From contig OY970067.1 of NCBI GenBank assembly GCA_963705305.1, forward strand, positions 4,128,001 to 4,192,000: a DNA stretch of 64,000 nucleotides, in the 5' to 3' direction. The stretch comes from an uncultured Methylomirabilota bacterium. GTDB taxonomy: Bacteria > Methylomirabilota > Methylomirabilia > Methylomirabilales > 2-02-FULL-66-22. The notes under the pieces are model-generated. The model was not told the origin of the DNA. It made no database searches and worked only from the letters and a program-made list of their open reading frames with translations. The translations under genes were made by a program, and so were the position numbers. Shown here piece by piece: positions 58,301 through 64,000 of the stretch; within the stretch, counting starts at the first letter, position 1, and every line of letters begins with the position of its first letter.

Positions 58301-58427
58301 ACAGGGGCGGCAGGCGAAGGAAAAACATGCGGCGGGCACAGAGGGTCCCCGGCGTGACCCCGCCGGGGGGGCCCGGCAGACGGCAGCGGAATCAGGCGGA
58401 CCGGGCGGGGAGGATCCCAATCCATGA
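55353..58427 (+). CDS. DUF4062 + STAND (NB-ARC-like) NTPase + TPR protein
   Basis: RVYISSTYADL...CDIYIGI..RYG...SITELEY; FVNRE, GRAGMGKS, LLDG, VTSR, GGIPRAL; MalT-like TPRs. Confidence 0.87.
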   Translation: MRVYISSTYADLADHRKEVCDKLRRLGHDIARMEDYVASDERPVDKCIADVRSCDIYIGIFAWRYGYIPPGHDRSITELEYRAATEAGKPRLIFLCDESAPWPRNQIEGGAGGVKIEQLRTELATNHVVSFFKSAEELGRLAAAAIAQRAQQRLDEDVAGLRTRQVDEQRGRVREPERVVNLPPIEVSRFVNREVEQADFRRFLSDGTVRLVAVVGRAGMGKSALASRTLTELEQAARSGEPGASGLRVDGILYLSAGSTGLDLDHLYAGIRRMLDEQEAAKIASTWARTDATVAERVDALLATLRGGRHLILLDGMDTIIGADGGIADEGLRGFVDGCLSRAGRTTLIVTSRIDFPISAKSLQGSRVIRLREGLKMEHAAQLLESLDPQGELGLRGAPAEELRRAAELSGGIPRALEVLAGILQQDPSLTLHDLLADDSALRSQTVEGLVAEAYRRLGADERHVIQAVAVLNRPVHKTAIAYVLHPWLPLIDIPAALKRLTSTYFISTSRGREEYQLQPLDREHAYKQIPETRDGAGEGDPPYSRADLERRAADFYASIRKPAAEWRSIEDLGPAIAEVEHRAKGGDFDRALEVMDSIDAGHLFLWGHYTRIVELRKRMIDTPAAPRLRAANLASLATCCQVLTQFDAAVQYYEAAVGIARDSGDRAGEARYIGHLGRLYRNLGYIDKAMSCSNEALAFALEGGDRRAEALWTDRLGLCTALIGRLEEAEGLYARAIAIAREVQDRQTEGAALGNLGLVYEDLGRLEAAAGCFAASLDIYREIGDRRGEAILLGRLGTAAEDAGDHGKALEQHTLALTIARDLNEHREESYQLLGIGRALLGSGEYAKAEQQLRAARDLNVPETSYLAAVALGLVLLRQRDRMAADAFRDAVRRCTERLQRNDRLYRARYALATATVGCVVCTPAWAGEEGRAGLLAPAIAEYERALGNCAGCGIVVAALRDLEQMQAAGLEGLDSVMRVLEQGRQAKEKHAAGTEGPRRDPAGGARQTAAESGGPGGEDPNP

Positions 58428-58939
58428 TCCAAGGAGTGCTTTTCGACTTCGGTGAGACCCTCGTCGAGCGGGTCAGCGACGCTGTCCGGCCGCTCAACCA
58501 GCTTGCGTTGACGCCGTTTCCCGAATCCGTAACGGTCCTGGCCCAGCTCAACCGCTCGGGCTACCGGCTGGCGCTGGTGAGCAATACCTCGCAGTCGAAC
58601 GAGGGTGTGCTGAGAGAAGCCCTGCACACGCTCGCCATGCGTTGCTATTTCGATGCGATCGTGACCTCCGTGGATGTCGGCTGCGAAAAGCCGAACCCCG
58701 CCATCTTTGTCCGGGCTCTCGAGCGGCTGGGATGCTCACCCGCGGAAGTGGTGATGGTGGGGGATGACCTGGCGAGAGACATTCAGGGAGCCGCCAACTT
58801 GGGCATCATCACCATCTACGTGCGACGGAACGGCGCGACGTCGCCCGCGCCCGACGCCGCGGCCAGATTCACCGTCTCATCTCTCTCGGAGATTCCCGGT
58901 ATTCTAGAGCAATTGGCTGCGAGCCGAAAGGAGACCTGA
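58424..58939 (+). CDS. HAD-family hydrolase
   Basis: FDFGETL, VSN, KP, VGDDLARDI; ATGA overlap with the STAND gene. Confidence 0.88.
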   Translation: MIQGVLFDFGETLVERVSDAVRPLNQLALTPFPESVTVLAQLNRSGYRLALVSNTSQSNEGVLREALHTLAMRCYFDAIVTSVDVGCEKPNPAIFVRALERLGCSPAEVVMVGDDLARDIQGAANLGIITIYVRRNGATSPAPDAAARFTVSSLSEIPGILEQLAASRKET

Positions 58940-59020
58940 ACCGCCAGGACGCCAGGGTACCGACGATCAGCAGGCTTCGGATAATTCGCGTCTTGGCTGG
59001 GGGCATCGGGATCTTGCAGG

Positions 59021-59851
59021 CTAGGGCTTGCAGCCCTCCATGTACAGGCTGGTACCCTTCCAGACCTGCTGGTCGGAGTCGCCGTCGAGCCGGTAGGTGC
59101 TCCACCCGGGGATTTGGCTGGTCGTGGGCGTCATGCGGCGGATGTCCGCCAGTCCGCTTTCCCGCATGAGATCCCCCAGCGAGAACTCGTCATACATCCA
59201 CCGGTGGTTTTCGCCCCGGCGGCGAAACAGCGCATCTGCCACCATCATCCCGCACCGTCCGGGAAGCCACGTCTCGATCAGCCGCAGCCTGCGCTCGAAT
59301 CGCGACCGGCTCGAATCCGGGTCCCGCAGGATTTCTATCAGCCGGGGCCCGAACGCGCCCAGTCTCGGGAGGATGAACGGATCGGCCTCCGGATGTTCCC
59401 GGATCATCCTGTCCAGCTCCCCGCCGGGGCGCGTGCGGGCGATCTGGTCGATCATCTCGATGACCAGCCACTTCCGCTCAAGGGGCGCGGCGGCACCCGC
59501 CCGCAGCCGGTCGAGGATCGCGACGTAGTCGCGCGCGCTTTGCTCCAGGTCCGGCACCACGATGCGAAGAATTCCGCCGGGCTTCAGGACCCGGAGGCAC
59601 TCGCCAAGGAACGGCCGGGCCAGAGCGGGCGTGAAGTGCTCGAGAAGATGGGAGTGATAGACGGCAGAGGCGACGTTGTTCCGCAAGGGGATGCGTCGGC
59701 GAAGGTCGGCGCGCTTGACCTGCGGGCTCGCCGGGAACCGGTCGAAATTCAGCCAAGCGGGATGCCAGCGATGCCCGCAGGCGAGATTTGCCATGATCGG
59801 CCGGTCTTGGCCTGCCTGCCTGTTCGGGTCGGATCGCCCGGTTGACTCCAC
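59021..59851 (-). CDS. Class I SAM methyltransferase-like protein (start may be ATG 59794)
   Basis: NLACG, YHSHLLEH, RVLKPGG..RIVVPD, SLYMEG. Confidence 0.8.
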   Translation of the reverse strand: MESTGRSDPNRQAGQDRPIMANLACGHRWHPAWLNFDRFPASPQVKRADLRRRIPLRNNVASAVYHSHLLEHFTPALARPFLGECLRVLKPGGILRIVVPDLEQSARDYVAILDRLRAGAAAPLERKWLVIEMIDQIARTRPGGELDRMIREHPEADPFILPRLGAFGPRLIEILRDPDSSRSRFERRLRLIETWLPGRCGMMVADALFRRRGENHRWMYDEFSLGDLMRESGLADIRRMTPTTSQIPGWSTYRLDGDSDQQVWKGTSLYMEGCKP

Positions 59852-59894
59852 AGCGCCTCCTGGACGAGCGCTCGGAACGTTTCCACCCCGGCGC

Positions 59895-60797
59895 TCAGCC
59901 TTTGAGCCCGCCAGCGGTGAGACCGGCCACGATGCGCCGCTGGAACAGAAGCACCACCAGGACGAGCGGGATGGTCAACACCACCCCCGCGGCCATCTGC
60001 GTGCCGAACGGCTGCTGGAACTGCGACTCACCCGTGAATTTCGCGATCGCCACCGTCACCGGCTCCGAGGCGAGCGTCTGCGACATCACGCTGGCCACCA
60101 GGTATTCGTTCCACGCGTAAATGAACACCAGGATCGCAGCGGTGAACACGCCCGGCGCCGCCAGCGGGAGGATGACGGCTCGGAAGGCCCGCCCGGGCGT
60201 GCAGCCGTCGATCTGCGCCGCCTGTTCAAGCTCCCACGGTATGTCTGCGAAGAAGCTGGCGAAGATCCAGATGCCCAGCGGCAGCGCAAAGCTGATGTCG
60301 GGGATGATCATGGACTGGTACTGATCGATCCAGCCGAAGCCGGAAAACAGCTGGAACAGCGGCGTCACGATCACGGCGCCGGGAAACATGGTGGTCGCCA
60401 GAACGGCCGCCAGCACCAAAAGCTTGCCGCGGAAGCGCAGGCGCACCAGGGCGTACGCCGCAAAAATGCCGATGCCCATGGCGATGATCGTCACTGTCCC
60501 GGCGATGATGAGGCTGTTGCGAAGCGCGTAGGCGAAATTGTTCTGTCCGCCGAAAATGGCGCGGTAGTTCTCGAGCGACGGGCTCAGGGGGAACAGGCTG
60601 TTGTTAAAGATCGCGCCCGGTGATTTCAGGCTCGAGGCCAGCATCCAGTAAAAGGGTGCAAGGCAGTAGAGGACGATCAGTGCGATGCCGAGCCACCCCC
60701 CGAGCCTTCGCCAGGGGACATGGCCCGGCGGGGAGGGCATCGCGGCGACATCGGTCGCGTGGGCGGCGGACCCGGCAGCCATCAGTTTTTCGCCCAC
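59895..60797 (-). CDS. Carbohydrate ABC permease
   Basis: AAYAL, ELEQAAQIDG, AWNEY. Confidence 0.92.
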   Translation of the reverse strand: MGEKLMAAGSAAHATDVAAMPSPPGHVPWRRLGGWLGIALIVLYCLAPFYWMLASSLKSPGAIFNNSLFPLSPSLENYRAIFGGQNNFAYALRNSLIIAGTVTIIAMGIGIFAAYALVRLRFRGKLLVLAAVLATTMFPGAVIVTPLFQLFSGFGWIDQYQSMIIPDISFALPLGIWIFASFFADIPWELEQAAQIDGCTPGRAFRAVILPLAAPGVFTAAILVFIYAWNEYLVASVMSQTLASEPVTVAIAKFTGESQFQQPFGTQMAAGVVLTIPLVLVVLLFQRRIVAGLTAGGLKG

Positions 60798-61723
60798 CGC
60801 TGCAGCGTCTGAATGGTGTCGGCATGCAGCAGCTTCACAAAGAGGAAGGCGATCAGGAAGATCACGAGGAACATCAGCGTGGACAGGGCCGATCCGTACC
60901 CCGGCTGCAGGTTGCGGATCATGGCGCGCACCACCAGGATCGACAGCGTTGTCGTGTCATTGGCCCCTCCGGTGAGGATCGCCGGCAGATCGTACATCCG
61001 GAGGACGTCCAGGATGCGGAACAGCACCGCCACCAGCAGTGCCGGCCTGACCAGGGGTATCGTCACGTGCCGGAACCGCTGCCACGTGCTGGCCCCGTCC
61101 ACCTTGGCGGCCTCGTAAAGCTCCTGGGGGATGAGTTGCAGCCCTGCCAGGAGGAGCAGGGCGATGAAGGGGGCGGTCTTCCAGGTGTCGGCGATGATCA
61201 CCGCGCACGTGGCGGGCCACTGGCTGCCCGTCCACAAGATCTCGGCGCCGAGCAGATGATTGATGATGCCGGTCGGCTGCAGCATCCATGACCAGAGCAC
61301 CGCGCTGACCGCGGTGGGAATGGCCCACGGCACCAGCACGCTGGCGCGCACGAGGGCGCGGCCCCGGAAGGCGCGATGCATGATTACCGCCATCGCAAAC
61401 CCGATGATGACCTCGAGGGTCACCGTGGCCGCGGTGAAGAACAGCGTGACTCGCAGGGCCGCCCAGAATTCCGTGCTTGACAGCGCGCGGGTGTAATTGG
61501 CGAGCCCGACGAATATTGGGGCCGCGACGATGGGGTCGTCGAAAAAGGAGCGAAGGAGGGCCCGCAGGATGGGGTAACCGACGACGACGGCCAGCATGAC
61601 AATCGTCGGCAGCAACAGCCAGAAGGCGAGCCGTCCCTCGTTGCGGGTCGGCCGTGCCCCCGCGGCGGGGCGCCCTCGCTTGCCGGCGCGGCGGTGACCT
61701 CGACACTCAGCGGTGCGGAGAAT
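60782..61723 (-). CDS. Carbohydrate ABC permease (start uncertain)
   Basis: VPWAIP, WKTAPF, ELYEAAKVDGA. The only SD-positioned in-frame codon is ATT at 61723. Confidence 0.85.
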   Translation of the reverse strand: MLRTAECRGHRRAGKRGRPAAGARPTRNEGRLAFWLLLPTIVMLAVVVGYPILRALLRSFFDDPIVAAPIFVGLANYTRALSSTEFWAALRVTLFFTAATVTLEVIIGFAMAVIMHRAFRGRALVRASVLVPWAIPTAVSAVLWSWMLQPTGIINHLLGAEILWTGSQWPATCAVIIADTWKTAPFIALLLLAGLQLIPQELYEAAKVDGASTWQRFRHVTIPLVRPALLVAVLFRILDVLRMYDLPAILTGGANDTTTLSILVVRAMIRNLQPGYGSALSTLMFLVIFLIAFLFVKLLHADTIQTLQRWAKN

Positions 61724-61768
61724 GGGATCGCCTCCTCGCGTGCCTTTCGGTTGCAGCCAGCGGGACGG

Positions 61769-63040
61769 TCAGCGGCGGCTTGCCGCTTGCCTGAGCGCAT
61801 CCGCCATATCGGTGATGGCCTGGTCGACGCGTTTTCTGCCCTGCAGTGCGGCATAGGCATTCGTCTGAATAGCCATGCTGGTGGCATTGTAGCTGACCGT
61901 CTCCGGTCGCTTCTTGGCCTTTAGGATGCTCTCCTTCAGCATCGCCAGGTACGGAATCCGTTTCTGCAGGTCCGCCTCCTCATAGACCGACCGCGCCACC
62001 GGGCTCTGTGAGAGGTCGGTCAGCAGGCGGCGCTGCGTCTCTTCGGACTGCATGAACTCCATCCAGTCCCTCGCACTCACCTTGTGCCTGGAAAACCTCG
62101 ACAGCATGAGGTTGGATCCTCCGAGGGTCGGCGTGCCGGGACCGTCCGGCCCGGGGAGCAGCGCCACCTTGAACTTGCCAGCGATCGTCGAATCCGGGCC
62201 CTCCGTGTTCGCCAAGTTGTACACGTAGGACCAGTTGCGCAGGAACAAGAGGCGGCCCTGCTGGAAGGCCCTCCGGCTCTCCTCTTCCTTGTAGGTAATG
62301 GCCTCCTTCGGGATCCATCCCTGGGCGAAGCCGTCGACGAGAAATTGCAGCCCGCGGCGTGCCTGCGGCGAGTCGACGGCCACCGTCCGGCCGCCATCCT
62401 CGACGAAGCGGCCGCCGGCGGAATAGACCGCCTCGGAGACGTTTACGGTGAGTCCTTCGTACTGTGCGAACTGGCCGGCATAGCAGGAGATGCCCTTCTG
62501 CGCGGCGACCGCATGGCAGAGCGTCACCAGCTCGGCCCACGTCGCCGGCGGCGTCTTCACCAGATCGCTGCGGTAGTAGAGCATTCCGGCGTTGGTGGTA
62601 TAGGGTGCCCCGAACAGTTTCCCCTCGTACCTGGCGGTGTCCGCCGCGGTTTCGAGGATCCGGCTCGAGGTGAACCGTTTCTCGTCCAGCGGTTGGATCC
62701 AGCCGCGGGCGGCAAACTCGGCGGTCCAGATAACGTCCGCCTTGACAACGTCGTAGCGGGAGCTCTTCGCCTGGAAGTTCTGGATGATCAAGGTGCGCTG
62801 ATCGTCCGCCGACTCCGGCAGCTCGAGCAGCGTGACGGGCTCATCGGGGTGTTTCCGATTCCACTCGTCGAGGAGGAGATGCAGCTTGCCGGTCGTGTCT
62901 TTCCCCGCGGCGAGGGTGATCGGGCCGCGCGCCTCCCCCTGGTCCTGGCGCGGCTCGTTCCCGGACGGTGTGCAGCCCGTGGCGAGCACGAAACCAACGC
63001 CGAGTGCGAGAAGGACCGTCGTAGGTCGGCCTCGCCGCAT
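61769..63040 (-). CDS. Carbohydrate ABC substrate-binding lipoprotein (trehalose/maltose-like)
   Basis: Lipobox ATGC; DVIWTAEFA, QYEGL, FLRNW, TLGG. Confidence 0.88.
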   Translation of the reverse strand: MRRGRPTTVLLALGVGFVLATGCTPSGNEPRQDQGEARGPITLAAGKDTTGKLHLLLDEWNRKHPDEPVTLLELPESADDQRTLIIQNFQAKSSRYDVVKADVIWTAEFAARGWIQPLDEKRFTSSRILETAADTARYEGKLFGAPYTTNAGMLYYRSDLVKTPPATWAELVTLCHAVAAQKGISCYAGQFAQYEGLTVNVSEAVYSAGGRFVEDGGRTVAVDSPQARRGLQFLVDGFAQGWIPKEAITYKEEESRRAFQQGRLLFLRNWSYVYNLANTEGPDSTIAGKFKVALLPGPDGPGTPTLGGSNLMLSRFSRHKVSARDWMEFMQSEETQRRLLTDLSQSPVARSVYEEADLQKRIPYLAMLKESILKAKKRPETVSYNATSMAIQTNAYAALQGRKRVDQAITDMADALRQAASRR

Positions 63041-63298
63041 GATTGCACCTCCCAGCAGCCTGGTCGGCGGGCGGGAATCCGGCCGCCGCCGCTCCTTTCT
63101 GCAGGCCGACCGCGACGCCCGCGAGACCCCCGGGTGGAGGTGCCGTCGGTTCTCTCGTCCACGCCTGACCCTGTGTAGCATTGGGGCGGCTTCGTGCGGA
63201 CGGCAACCCTCTCGGACTGCTGGTGAGGGCAGGCGCGCTGTTGCGCGGCTCGAACCGGTGACGCTGCGGGACGTTTCTACCACCGCGCATGTCCGCAG

Positions 63299-64000
63299 TC
63301 AAGCCAGGGGACCGCGGCGACGGACATGGTAGGTCGGAAAGGTTCCGTAGCCTTTGGCCAGAGAGGTTTGGCCGACATAGTCGCAGGTGAAGTCGGTGAC
63401 GCCCTGGGCGGCCGCCAGGGCAGCGAAGGCCTGGCTGGCATACACATGGCCGGGGGGTGTGATCGGCTCGATGCGGGCCGCGCGGCTTACGTGGGTTCCG
63501 GTGTAATCGGGCTGTTGCCCAGTCACCGGGTTTCGGATGGGGTAGACCGGCCCCGCATGCAGGGCGATCCTGAGGCTCAGGTTGGCCGGCAGCCCGTGCA
63601 CGGTCCAGTCGGTCCCGTTCACCCGCTCGCAGAGATCCAGCGCGAAGCGGCCGGCATCCCGGGCGCTTCTGAAGACAAAATACAGGCCATCCCCCCACGT
63701 GTTCTTGCATACGGGCGCGTAGGGCGGCTGAGCGGTTGCGGCGGCGGAGATGATCTCTGCGATTGCTCCCAGGAAGTGCTCTACGAAGCGGGCCACCTGC
63801 ACCTCGGTGAGTTTGGAGAACCTGACCGCGTCGGCAAACAGCATGGCCATGACCGTCTGGTCGGCGGCCCCCTGCGGCTCGGCGGGCGCTGGCGAAACGG
63901 GTCTCACCCCTCCGGCTGCCCCCTTGACGCCGGCGGGCATGCGCTGGAGCATCTCCGCCAGGTCGATGATCTCGACGTGGTGCCCCAACGCCTGCCAGCG
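63299..64000 (-). CDS. Class III adenylate/guanylate cyclase domain protein, partial (N-terminus off the right edge)
   Basis: LFADAVRFS, TWGDG, LRIALHAGPV, VSRAARIE, LAKGYG. Confidence 0.85.
   Translation of the reverse strand, partial: RWQALGHHVEIIDLAEMLQRMPAGVKGAAGGVRPVSPAPAEPQGAADQTVMAMLFADAVRFSKLTEVQVARFVEHFLGAIAEIISAAATAQPPYAPVCKNTWGDGLYFVFRSARDAGRFALDLCERVNGTDWTVHGLPANLSLRIALHAGPVYPIRNPVTGQQPDYTGTHVSRAARIEPITPPGHVYASQAFAALAAAQGVTDFTCDYVGQTSLAKGYGTFPTYHVRRRGPLA

Overview
High-GC bacterial chromosome segment in four parts. (1) 1-26.8 kb is metabolic/housekeeping DNA: an MFS transporter, two tandem DeoC-like aldolases, a sugar ABC/BNR-sialidase/2-hydroxyacid dehydrogenase operon, a CoA-transferase III and double-hotdog pair, an anti-sigma/DUF3106 operon, an S41 protease, a GGDEF protein, an Mpg glycosylase, livKHMGF and a PilZ protein. 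(2) A 13.9 kb element is integrated in tRNA-Met(CAT), with a 45-bp attL at 26848-26892 and attR at 40730-40774. It encodes a tyrosine integrase, an XRE regulator, a Schlafen/AlbA_2 protein, a J-domain protein, an excisionase-like HTH, a RepB-like primase and an AAA_25 helicase, and has an iteron-like ori. I found no capsid, terminase or conjugation genes, so it looks like a phage satellite. One of its proteins resembles a motif-permuted podophage scaffold. An IS21 (TSD CTAAC) and an IS630 have inserted into it. (3) 40.9-59.9 kb is an accessory cluster that looks like an uncharacterised RiPP pathway. It has a 68-aa candidate precursor between two SPASM radical SAM enzymes, an ABC exporter with a split NBD coupled to a cNMP-binding protein, and a divergent GAF/S8 protease/FkbM/B12-type radical SAM operon. 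An MFS, two GT4 enzymes, a DUF4062-STAND-TPR protein, a HAD hydrolase and a methyltransferase follow. (4) A second sugar ABC operon and a partial class III nucleotide cyclase end the window. At least seven single-base frameshifts in otherwise intact genes suggest sequencing indel errors. All family assignments come from motif recognition by eye, not from database searches.
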